DNA of 64,000 nucleotides from an uncultured bacterium (GTDB lineage Bacteria; Acidobacteriota; Thermoanaerobaculia; Multivoradales; JAHZIX01): NCBI GenBank assembly GCA_965368975.1, contig CBDUPA010000006.1, positions 160,001 to 224,000 of the forward strand, read 5' to 3'. Shown piece by piece: positions 51,864 to 60,461 of this stretch (position 1 is its first letter; each line of letters starts with the position of its first letter). The notes under the pieces were generated by a model. It saw only the letters and a program-made list of their open reading frames with translations, ran no database searches and was not told where the DNA came from. The position numbers and the translations under genes were made by a program.

Positions 51864-54560
51864 TCAGCCGCTCGGATCTCCCGGCACCTGCAACTCCGGA
51901 GCTATGACCCCGTCCGGATGCACCACGGGCTCCTCGCTGGATTCTCCAGCCGGGTCGGGGGCGCCGGTGCTGGGCACGGGGAGCAAGGGCCCCTCGGCGA
52001 TCCGGTGCAGCAGCCAGTAGGCGAGGTCCAGGTTCTGGCGCTGGCGGTCGGTGGGGTCGCCGGTGAAACGGCTGCCCAGTTCGCGCTTGCTGAGCGTCAG
52101 GGAGTCGGTGAAGACACCCACGACACCGCTGCCGAAGCGGATCTCGCTGTACACGGGGATGCCGTTGCCGTCGGCGAGTAGGGTGTGCCCACCGTGGACG
52201 GCGAGTACCGGGCGCGATACGACGAAGCTGGTCTCGTCCTGCGCCACGTCTGCATCTTCGGAGGGTGCATCTTCGGCAGCAGCGTCTTCGGCAGGCGCAT
52301 CTTCGGACTCTGCAGCTTCAGACTCTGCTGCCTCGCTGTGCTCCAAGAGGTTCACCTCGACGCGCTCCAGCCTGACCTCGACGCCCAGGCCGAAGACGGC
52401 TAGCAGCTGCTCAGTGGCGGTGCCTCGGCTCAGCAGGCCGTCGAGGATCAGCAGACCGCCGCCGCCGCGCACGAAGGCTTGCAGCTGGGCTGATTGGCTC
52501 GGCGTTGGGGTGCGTGTCGGGTGTGCCAGCACCAGCATGTCGCGTCCACCAAGCCGATCGTCTCCCTGGCTGAGTGCCGCCGACAAGTCTTCGCCGACCC
52601 GCGGCAGGTAGTCGAGGCGCTGGGCGGCGACCAGCAGGCTGTCCAGGGCGACCAGGTCGTCGTCGCTGGCGAGGGTCAGGACGTGCGGCAAGTAGATGTC
52701 GGAGAGTTCGGTGTCGAAGACGACCTGCCGCGGTGGCGTGACGCCGTCGCGGTACGGGGGCAGGTCGAGGGTGGGGCCGGCGAGAGCCAGGACCACAGTA
52801 CCGGTGGCGAGGCCCAGCGCCAGGAAGCTGGCGGTTGCCAGCGTTGCACGACCTCGGTCGATCAGGCCGAGAGTCGCGACAGCGGCGAGCAGCAACAGGG
52901 TTGCCAGGGTGGGCAGGTGCCGGCTCGTCCACGCTGGCCGGCGGGCCAAGTACTCGACCGTCGCCACGGCGACTTCTCGGCGGCCGGGGAAGTAGAGAGA
53001 GAAGTTCGACAGCGGCGTGCTGTCGCTGAAGGCGGCGACGCGACCGGCGCCGTGGGCCAACGTCGCGTGCTGGGCGAAGAAGCCGAAGTCGTCCGGAGGG
53101 TCCAGGTGCAGGTTGCCGAAGAAGCCGGGGCGTGAGTAGTCCGCGGCTTCGGCGCCCAGGCCGTAGCCGAGCATCGGGATGCGGGCGCGCAGGGGCACGC
53201 GTAGGGTGCACGAGGTTTCGAATTCGAAGGCGCCAACGACGCTGGCGATCGGGTGGGGTAGCCAGCGGGGTGCGCGCCACTGCGACTGGGCTTCGCTCAC
53301 CTGAGCGAAGGTGTCGTCGGTGGCGAAGGAGAGACCGAAGCGCTGGGCCACGGGGTTGAGGTAGGTGGTCATGCCGAACAGGTTGGTGTGATCCCCGATC
53401 AGGAACAGCCCGCCGCCGCCGCGCACAAAGGCCTCGACGGCCTCGATCTCCGACGCCGCGAAGGGCTCGGTCGGGGTCTTGAGGATCAGCACGTCGGTGT
53501 CGGCGAGCGCTGCCGCGGTCAACGGGGCCTGCTGCCAGCGGTTCACCTCGTAGTGCTGTTCCAGCAAGCGGTAGAAAGAGCTGTAGGAATAGGAGATGAG
53601 CTGGCCGTAGGTTTCGGTGTCGAAGGGGGTGTCGGTAGGTTCCCAGGTGCCGTGACTGTCGTCGAAGAGCACGCGGACGTTGCCGTCCGGCCCCCCGAGG
53701 CGGTCACCGACAGGCACCCAACCGAGCGCTAGCACCCAGGCGATTCCCAGCACGGCGGCGGCGGCGCGGCGTCCCCGCGGGAACGCTGGTTCCGTTGGGC
53801 TCGTGGGCTGGAAGCGGCAGCGCGCGGGCAGCAGGCAGGCGGCGGGGAGCAGGGTGAGCAGGGTCCACCAGGGGCTGGTGACGAGTCCTTGGTCGGGCAG
53901 GTCGACCCAAGCCGCAGTGATCAGCAGTAGGCGGAGAAAGGCAGCGCCGAGCAGCGCCGCGGCCCAGCGTGCCAGGAACCTCCCTGGTCGGCGCAGCGGA
54001 ACCAGTAGCGCCACGCCGACACCGGCGGCCAGGGCCAGCAGCAGCGGAAGAGCGGCCAGCCGGCTCAGGGACGGCAGCAGCTCGAACACCGTGCCGCCGC
54101 TGTGGACGACCACCAAGCCCTGCTCGGCGACGGCGTTCAGACCCAGCAAGCGCAGCGCGCCGGCCAGCGTCGAGGCCAGGCCGGGCACTTCGCGCCAGCG
54201 TGCCAGCAGGCTGACCAGAGGCGTCAGTGCGAGCAGCTGCGCGAGTGCTATCGCCAGCACCAAGCCACCGCGATCGGCCAGGCGCTGCCGGCCGGTGGGC
54301 ACGGAGAGGCCCGAGGGTACGGAGAAGCCCGAGGGTACAGCCGCCGGCCTGCGAGCCCAGGCAGCCAGGGCGAGTCCAAGCAGTACTAGCAGGCTGCCGG
54401 TGAGGTACGCGGGAGTCTCGAGCTGGCCGCTGATCAGTTGCCAGCCGCAGGCGGCCAGCAGGGCGCCGCAGAGTAGCTGCCGTGGCGCCAGGGCCGGTAC
54501 CACGGCTGCAGGTGCTTCGATTTCGGGGACCTGCGGCGACGGAGCGGGGAGCGGGCTCAT
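51864..54560 (-). CDS. Multi-TM membrane protein with two GldG/DUF4350-like domains
   Basis: About 9 N-terminal TMs; VLFDDSHG.WE, DVLILKTP....EI.AV..FV.GGGGLFLIGDHTN; second FV.GGGGLLI. True start MSPLPA (ATGA overlap). Confidence 0.75.
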   Translation of the reverse strand: MSPLPAPSPQVPEIEAPAAVVPALAPRQLLCGALLAACGWQLISGQLETPAYLTGSLLVLLGLALAAWARRPAAVPSGFSVPSGLSVPTGRQRLADRGGLVLAIALAQLLALTPLVSLLARWREVPGLASTLAGALRLLGLNAVAEQGLVVVHSGGTVFELLPSLSRLAALPLLLALAAGVGVALLVPLRRPGRFLARWAAALLGAAFLRLLLITAAWVDLPDQGLVTSPWWTLLTLLPAACLLPARCRFQPTSPTEPAFPRGRRAAAAVLGIAWVLALGWVPVGDRLGGPDGNVRVLFDDSHGTWEPTDTPFDTETYGQLISYSYSSFYRLLEQHYEVNRWQQAPLTAAALADTDVLILKTPTEPFAASEIEAVEAFVRGGGGLFLIGDHTNLFGMTTYLNPVAQRFGLSFATDDTFAQVSEAQSQWRAPRWLPHPIASVVGAFEFETSCTLRVPLRARIPMLGYGLGAEAADYSRPGFFGNLHLDPPDDFGFFAQHATLAHGAGRVAAFSDSTPLSNFSLYFPGRREVAVATVEYLARRPAWTSRHLPTLATLLLLAAVATLGLIDRGRATLATASFLALGLATGTVVLALAGPTLDLPPYRDGVTPPRQVVFDTELSDIYLPHVLTLASDDDLVALDSLLVAAQRLDYLPRVGEDLSAALSQGDDRLGGRDMLVLAHPTRTPTPSQSAQLQAFVRGGGGLLILDGLLSRGTATEQLLAVFGLGVEVRLERVEVNLLEHSEAAESEAAESEDAPAEDAAAEDAPSEDADVAQDETSFVVSRPVLAVHGGHTLLADGNGIPVYSEIRFGSGVVGVFTDSLTLSKRELGSRFTGDPTDRQRQNLDLAYWLLHRIAEGPLLPVPSTGAPDPAGESSEEPVVHPDGVIAPELQVPGDPSG

Positions 54561-57295
54561 CTCGGCTCCTCGGCTGGCGCGGTGTCTTCGGCTGGCACTG
54601 GTTCTTCGGCTGGCGCAGTGTCTTCGGCTGACGCAGTCGCGGCGAGTGGCGGCGTGTCGACCACGGAGCGGCCGACATCGAGCAGCCGATCGAGTAGCTC
54701 GACGTTGGCGCGCTGGAACTCGAACTCGCCTTCGAAGTTCTCGTCCTCGAAGAAGCGACCGTCGCCGAAAACCAGGCAGCGGCCGGCTTCGAAGGGGCGC
54801 GACTCGACGATCAGGGCATCGCCTTCGAGGGCCACATGCACGGTGTGCGGCACACTGCCGCCGGCTTCGACCGGCCAGGCGTCGACGAAGCGTAGAGTCT
54901 GTGCTGAAGGGTTCAGCTCCACTTCCGCCGGGCCCAGCGGATAGTTGCCGATGCGTAGGTCGCAGGCTTCCAGCAGCCGGTTGGCCGCCGGGCGGCCGTG
55001 CGCACCCGCGGCGACCACCAGCGTGCCGCCGCGTTGCAGCAGGCGGGTCACGGCGCGCAGATAGGCGGCGGAGGGTGGTCGTGCCGGTGCCACGTGCAGC
55101 ACCAGCGACGCCTGGTCCAGTCGTTCGGGGTCCTGACGGTCCAGGCTCAGCGGCAGGTAGCCGGCGCGCATCAGCATGGGGGAGATGCCGCCCATGGCAC
55201 CTTCCTGGAAGAACTCCCGGGGCAGGCGATCGGCCAAGCCGCGCTGGATCCAGGCCAAGCGGTCGGGGGCGGGTACCTGCGGCCGTGCTACCGGCAGCCA
55301 GGTGGTGAGGGCGGCTGCCAACACCAGGCTCAGGGCGCTTGTCGTGGTCCAGCCCCAGGGCGGCGGAGCGGCGCGCCAGAGCACCAGTGCACCGAGTACC
55401 AGTGCGCCGACCGCCAGGATTGTGGCCAGCAGCGTCCACGGCCACTCGGCGGCGCCGGGGCGCGACAGGTAGCGGACGGTGCGCTCGACGAAGGGGTAGG
55501 CGTCCGGCAGGGACAGGGGCTGCAGGCTGGTGGTGTCGCCGAAGGCCACCACGGCGCCCTGGCCGACGCGGCCGCCGGCCACGAGCACGACGTCACCGAG
55601 GCGCTCGCCGCGCTGGTAGCGGTAGTCGCCCAGGAAGGCGCCTTGACCGTCGTTGGAGCGGTTGCCGAAGTCTCCGAAGCCGTAGCGGCCGACCACCAGT
55701 GGTTGCAGTGCGGAACCGCTGAGAGTCAGGGAAGCTCCGGTGCCGATCTGGGCTTCGTGATAGCTCGCCATGCCGGCGGTGATCGGATGCGGCAGGAAGT
55801 CGAGGCAGTGACGCCAGTGGCGCCGTAGGGCGAAGGCGGAGTCGAACTCGATGCGCGCGGACACCGGGGCCAGCAGCTGGTTCAAGGGGCCCATGATGCC
55901 GAAGATGTCGGTGTGGTCACCGAGCGCCAGCAGGCCGCCGCCGCCGCGCACCCACTGCCACAGGGCTGCCAGTTCGCCGTCGCCGTACATCTGCTGCGGG
56001 TTGATCACCACCAAAACCTGGACGCCCTGCAGCGCTTCGGCGGTCAGCTCACCGGTCAGCTCACGAGTGATGTAGTTGCTGCTTTCCAGGTAGCGGCGCA
56101 CGGCGCCGAACATGCCGACCTGCACCAGGCCGTAGCGTCCCACTGCCGGCGAGGTGAAGTCGAGGTGTCCGAGGTTGTGGAAGGCGACGACCGGGGTCCC
56201 GGTGCTCCTGGCTCCGCTCGTCTCACCGGTACCTTCAGCGGCACCGCCCGCGTCAGGTGCAGGGGGCAAGGATGCTGGGCGTAGCAGCAGCAGGCAGGCC
56301 AACACGAGAGCCGCGCCGCCGGCCCAGAGGCGCCAGGGTGAGTGGGCAGGAGCCGGCGTCGATGCCTGCGAGGCGCTGGGCACCTCGCTGGGCACCTGAC
56401 TGGGCACCTGACTGAGCAGACGTCCGCCGAACCACAGGAACAACCCCCACGGTAGCAACAGCGTCAAGGGCGCGAGCTGTCCCGGCGCCACGTTCCACGG
56501 ACGGTGCGGTTCCGGGATCACCAACAAGGTCCGTACGCCATCGGCGAGTAGGTGTTCCAGCCACGGCTGGAGCGCGAGGTAGACGGTCAAGCCCAGCGGC
56601 ACGGCCAGCAGCAAGGAGAGGCTCGCGCGGCGTGATTCTGCGGTGGCCGGTTCAGGCCGAGGCAGAAAGGGCCAACGCAGGCAGCCCAGGGCTAGCAGTA
56701 GGAAGGGCAATGCGAGCCAGAGGCCGGCCACGGTCGGCCCCAGGCGTAGGTCTTCACCGGCCAGCAGGGCGGCCGCGGCCGAGAGGCCGGAAGCGACGGC
56801 GTCCAAGGCGAGCCAGAGGCCAGCGAAGTGCCGGCTGAGGACCCAGATTCCCGCGCTCAGCAGGAGTGCCCGGACGAGGTGGAGCCGCCACGGCACGGGC
56901 GGTGCCGGTGGAGAGGACGATTCTAGGAAAGGGGTTTGGGTGGCCCACAGGATCAAGCCCAAGCACACGCCGGCCACGCGCGCGGTCTCACCGCTGTCGC
57001 TTGCAAGGGTCTCCAGGAGGAGCGGCAAGATGGGTAGCAGTACGGCGAGCCAGCGCCACAGCCGAGTGTGGCCGGAATGGGCGCGGCGTTCCAGGTCGAG
57101 GCCCCACATATCGAAGGCCAGGGGCACCAAGGCCAGCACGAGGAGCAGCCGGCCGGCCGCCGGGGTCAGTGGGCCGAAGCTACCGAAGGCCAGCAACAAC
57201 GCCAGGGTGGAACAGGCCAACGCGGTGCGCGGGGAAGAACCTCCGGCATCCGTCTGGACGCCGGAGGTCCGCGAGTTGTCAGCGGACGTGGTCAA
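54557..57295 (-). CDS. Multi-TM membrane protein with two GldG/DUF4350-like domains (paralog)
   Basis: N-terminal TMs; VLVVINP.....EL..L..WV.GGGGLLALGDHT; second L..GGTLVV domain. Confidence 0.75.
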   Translation of the reverse strand: MTTSADNSRTSGVQTDAGGSSPRTALACSTLALLLAFGSFGPLTPAAGRLLLVLALVPLAFDMWGLDLERRAHSGHTRLWRWLAVLLPILPLLLETLASDSGETARVAGVCLGLILWATQTPFLESSSPPAPPVPWRLHLVRALLLSAGIWVLSRHFAGLWLALDAVASGLSAAAALLAGEDLRLGPTVAGLWLALPFLLLALGCLRWPFLPRPEPATAESRRASLSLLLAVPLGLTVYLALQPWLEHLLADGVRTLLVIPEPHRPWNVAPGQLAPLTLLLPWGLFLWFGGRLLSQVPSQVPSEVPSASQASTPAPAHSPWRLWAGGAALVLACLLLLRPASLPPAPDAGGAAEGTGETSGARSTGTPVVAFHNLGHLDFTSPAVGRYGLVQVGMFGAVRRYLESSNYITRELTGELTAEALQGVQVLVVINPQQMYGDGELAALWQWVRGGGGLLALGDHTDIFGIMGPLNQLLAPVSARIEFDSAFALRRHWRHCLDFLPHPITAGMASYHEAQIGTGASLTLSGSALQPLVVGRYGFGDFGNRSNDGQGAFLGDYRYQRGERLGDVVLVAGGRVGQGAVVAFGDTTSLQPLSLPDAYPFVERTVRYLSRPGAAEWPWTLLATILAVGALVLGALVLWRAAPPPWGWTTTSALSLVLAAALTTWLPVARPQVPAPDRLAWIQRGLADRLPREFFQEGAMGGISPMLMRAGYLPLSLDRQDPERLDQASLVLHVAPARPPSAAYLRAVTRLLQRGGTLVVAAGAHGRPAANRLLEACDLRIGNYPLGPAEVELNPSAQTLRFVDAWPVEAGGSVPHTVHVALEGDALIVESRPFEAGRCLVFGDGRFFEDENFEGEFEFQRANVELLDRLLDVGRSVVDTPPLAATASAEDTAPAEEPVPAEDTAPAEEPR

Positions 57296-57316
57296 GAAGC
57301 GCTACCGTCGAGCGTC

Positions 57317-58162
57317 TCAGGTGTTGCCGTCGACGTTGACCACGATCTGCCGGCCGGCTTCGTCCTCGACCACCACGATGTAACTGCCACCGGCCGGTGC
57401 CGCGGGGTCGAGAATACGCATCATGCGCTCGTTCCGTGCCTCGCCGCCGGCGATCAGGTTTTGAGACCCATCGGCTGCCAGGCGGTACAGGCGGTAGCTC
57501 TGTGCCTGCATGCCCGTGGTGATCCAGGTCACTTCAGTACCGCCGAAAGTCGGAGTGGCGTCGAGGCCGACGACGCGGCCCTGACCATGGTGCGCAGGGG
57601 TACAAGCCGCCGCTGCCGCCGCGCTGTCGCCCGGGCAGCTGCTGCACAGGGAGCCGGCGCAGGCGCTCTGGCCGCACAGGGAGCCGGCACAGGCGCTCTG
57701 CGAGCACAGCGAACCGGCACAACCGCTGACGCCACAGGCGCTGCCGCCGCACAGGCTGCCACCGCAGGCACTGCCGGCGCAGATGCTTCCGGCGCAAGCA
57801 CTGCCACCACATACGCTACCGGGACAGGCGGAGCCGGCGCAGGCACTGCCACCGCAGCCAGAACCGCCGCAGGCGGATGCGGTGCAACCACTGCCGATGC
57901 AAGCGCTGCCGATACAGGCGCTGACGCCCTCACTGACGAACAGAATGGCTTCCTGGACGGGTTCAGCACTCTCTTCGGGAGCGAGCAGGGGCTGGTTGAC
58001 GTCCAGGGTCATCTCAGCCAGCTTGTCCGCCAGCTGCCGATCGAACAGCGGTGAATCCGCGACCGACGTCTCCGCCGGAACACCGCGGGTGGCTTCCACC
58101 GACACCATGGCCCAGGTGGCGGCGACGAGGATCAGGCTCAGGATTACGAGTTTTTGTCTCAT
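57317..58162 (-). CDS. Exported protein with 19 tandem S-x-C-x-x pentapeptides and C-terminal Ig-like domain
   Basis: Signal peptide MRQKLVIL...; RBS GGAGA; repeat SACIG SACIG SGCTA...SLCSS; C-terminal V.W.T......YRLYR...D......Y.V. Confidence 0.85.
   Translation of the reverse strand: MRQKLVILSLILVAATWAMVSVEATRGVPAETSVADSPLFDRQLADKLAEMTLDVNQPLLAPEESAEPVQEAILFVSEGVSACIGSACIGSGCTASACGGSGCGGSACAGSACPGSVCGGSACAGSICAGSACGGSLCGGSACGVSGCAGSLCSQSACAGSLCGQSACAGSLCSSCPGDSAAAAAACTPAHHGQGRVVGLDATPTFGGTEVTWITTGMQAQSYRLYRLAADGSQNLIAGGEARNERMMRILDPAAPAGGSYIVVVEDEAGRQIVVNVDGNT
57638..57922 (-). repeat. 15-bp-period coding repeat (19 x SxCxx)
   Basis: Counted directly from the translation. Confidence 0.9.
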
Positions 58163-58182
58163 GGTTCTTTCTCCTTGTCCGA

Positions 58183-59067
58183 TCATCCGCCGTGACCGTT
58201 GGCCCTGATGCGCTCGTGGACCATGTCCGTCAGGTCCCTGTGCGCCTTGGGTAAGGCAAGTTCGAAGACATCGTCTTCGAGCTGAACGCCGAATTGCGTC
58301 CGCATATCCTGCTCGACGTAGAGATACGCGGGTTCACGCTGATCGCCCTCGGGGAGAGCTTCCTGGACCTCCATCTGGAGCTTGACCAGCAGCAGTTCGC
58401 GTGCGTCGATCCAGAACTGGCAGTTGCGGATCAAGCTGCCGTCGTTGGCCCGCACGTCTTCCAGGGACTGCAAGACGTACACGGGTTCGCCGTCGAGAGT
58501 GGCCGCGTAGGCACGGAACCTGGCGTTGAGGAAGACGTCATCGAACTCCAGGTGCCGGAGCGGACTACGGTACTTCGCCGGCAGGGCTTCGGGCAGGGCG
58601 TGGTGGCGAATCACAAAGGACTCGACGACCGGTTGCCGGCCCTCGCCCTGCTTGTCGAGGAAGCCGCTCTCGTGCAGCACTTTGGTTTCCTGACCAGAAT
58701 GTACCCAGACGAAGCGGCGGCTATCCGGTAGATCGAGATCGGCGTTGCCACGGAAGGCTTCCTGGACGGTGTCCGACTCGACCGCCTCGACGCGGGCCTG
58801 GTCACCTTTGAGATGGGCTACGTAATCACCGTCGGTGGTGACATCCGCCTGGTCCAGGCTGCTCACGGTCACCGTCTGATCGATGTCGACCTGCCGCGGA
58901 TCGTCGAAGAAGCTTTGGTAACGCTCGTTCACCGCCTGCATGATGCGGTGCGCGTCCAACCCTTCGTCGGCCTGCGCCACGGGGACGCCGAGCGCTCCGA
59001 ACAGCAATGTGGCCATGGCGAGGATGGTGGCGAAGGTGCCGATCCTCGAGACTCTGGCTGTCTGCAT
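58183..59067 (-). CDS. Exported LolA-like/outer-membrane-sorting-fold protein
   Basis: Signal peptide VAQA|DE; G..VYVL, FWIDARELLLVK, L.DDVF.L.LP pattern; RBS AGGAGG. Confidence 0.6.
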   Translation of the reverse strand: MQTARVSRIGTFATILAMATLLFGALGVPVAQADEGLDAHRIMQAVNERYQSFFDDPRQVDIDQTVTVSSLDQADVTTDGDYVAHLKGDQARVEAVESDTVQEAFRGNADLDLPDSRRFVWVHSGQETKVLHESGFLDKQGEGRQPVVESFVIRHHALPEALPAKYRSPLRHLEFDDVFLNARFRAYAATLDGEPVYVLQSLEDVRANDGSLIRNCQFWIDARELLLVKLQMEVQEALPEGDQREPAYLYVEQDMRTQFGVQLEDDVFELALPKAHRDLTDMVHERIRANGHGG

Positions 59068-59264
59068 GTCCTACCTCCTTATCCTGGCACGATGCACCGA
59101 TCACGGGCTGCCCCGAATGGGCAACCGTTCCCGGTCCACTGTGAGCGGGATGTTGAACTCGCGGGTTCTCGCGAGTAGCTACCGTGCTTGAAGGGATGTG
59201 AAATTAAGGGGAAGTTCACGTTGAGGCTACCATGCAGCCGCGAAGTGCGCAAGTGAGTTCGGAC

Positions 59265-60461
59265 TCAGAACTCCCGCCCCTGCCGCAGCCCCCGGCGCTC
59301 CGCAGCCCGCACCATCCGCCGCTTGTGGGCGCTCCAGCCGTAGCCGGCGAACAGCCCCAAGACGCCGACGCAGAAGCCGACGAAGAGGGTAAAGGTAAAC
59401 CCGTCGACGCCTCCAGCCCCACTGCGGGTCACCGCACTGAGCCGCCGCCGTGCGCGCTCCTCGGCTGACGGGCCATCTTGCAGTTCTTCGCGGATCGTCC
59501 GTTCGCTGTCGTCACGGCGGTCGACGAAGGTGCGGTCTGGACGATCGAGACCGCCGTTGTTCCAGGCGGAAATGGGGAGCTTCTCCTGCAAAGCGGGGTC
59601 GTCGGCGCGAATCACCTTGACTGGACGCAGGCCGCGTTCGGGCCAGGGGTTGAAGCCGAGGGAGCCGCAGTCGACCCAGGCTTGACCGCAGCCGTCGGGA
59701 TTGCCGGTGCCGTCGACATGCAGCAAACGCGTATTGCTGGGACCTGGGATCCATGCGGATCCGTCCGGCGGCTGGAAAGACGCGAGGTCACCGGGAAAGC
59801 GGGTGACGGCGTTGCTCAGGTGGCCCTCCATGTCGCCAGGAGTCGAACTGAGCCAGGAGACGAACCAGGCTTCGTAGCCGAGACCTTGCAGCAGGGTCGT
59901 CAGCAGGACGGCGGCATCGTCGCAGTCGCCTTGTTCGTCGACCAGGAATTCGATGCCGAACTTGGGGTACTCGGTCCAGCCGGTGGTGGTGTCGAAACTG
60001 TAGTTGATGCCCTGCACCAGGCCGTGGACGAAGGCGACGCGCGAGGCTTGGGAGGTGACGCCGGCGGCCTCGAAGTGACGGGCGAGGGCGACGGTGAGCG
60101 GGCGCAGGTCGCTGGCAGTGACGTCGAGAACGCGGCGGATGGAGTCGTGGGGATCGTTGCGGCGCAGGCTGTAGGCGTCGACGCCGACGGCGAGCTCGGC
60201 CCAGGCGAGTTCGCGCTCGGTGCACGGAACGCGGTCGGTGGGGCAGAAGGGCCAGGCGCGGTAGATGCGGCCGGAGTCGGGTGCGGGCAAGTCGTTGCCA
60301 TGCGAGCGACCGTCGTCATGCAGTCGTACCCAGGGTAGAGCGTCCGCGGCGAGCAGTGGCTCGGTGACGCTCGGCAGGACGAGGTTCGCACCTAGGAGAA
60401 AGCAGGCGAGCGGCAGGGGATGGGTGCGCGGCCCGTGGCGAGTGACATGGCTGTGCGGCAT
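59265..60461 (-). CDS. Transglutaminase-like Cys protease domain protein, C-terminally anchored
   Basis: FV.GLVQ.I.Y..D...EYPKF.IE.LVD..GDCDD.AVL...H...D; C-terminal TM plus basic tail. Start MPHSH (TGATG overlap). Confidence 0.8.
   Translation of the reverse strand: MPHSHVTRHGPRTHPLPLACFLLGANLVLPSVTEPLLAADALPWVRLHDDGRSHGNDLPAPDSGRIYRAWPFCPTDRVPCTERELAWAELAVGVDAYSLRRNDPHDSIRRVLDVTASDLRPLTVALARHFEAAGVTSQASRVAFVHGLVQGINYSFDTTTGWTEYPKFGIEFLVDEQGDCDDAAVLLTTLLQGLGYEAWFVSWLSSTPGDMEGHLSNAVTRFPGDLASFQPPDGSAWIPGPSNTRLLHVDGTGNPDGCGQAWVDCGSLGFNPWPERGLRPVKVIRADDPALQEKLPISAWNNGGLDRPDRTFVDRRDDSERTIREELQDGPSAEERARRRLSAVTRSGAGGVDGFTFTLFVGFCVGVLGLFAGYGWSAHKRRMVRAAERRGLRQGREF

Noticed and set aside
54561-55445. 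N-terminal extension of the 1193-aa ORF
   Set aside because: Arg/Pro-rich off-frame overlap with the upstream gene; an ATGA-coupled start at 54560 is more plausible.
57638-57922. Possible CRISPR or DNA-level repeat array
   Set aside because: 15-bp degenerate coding periodicity with no spacers and no cas genes.
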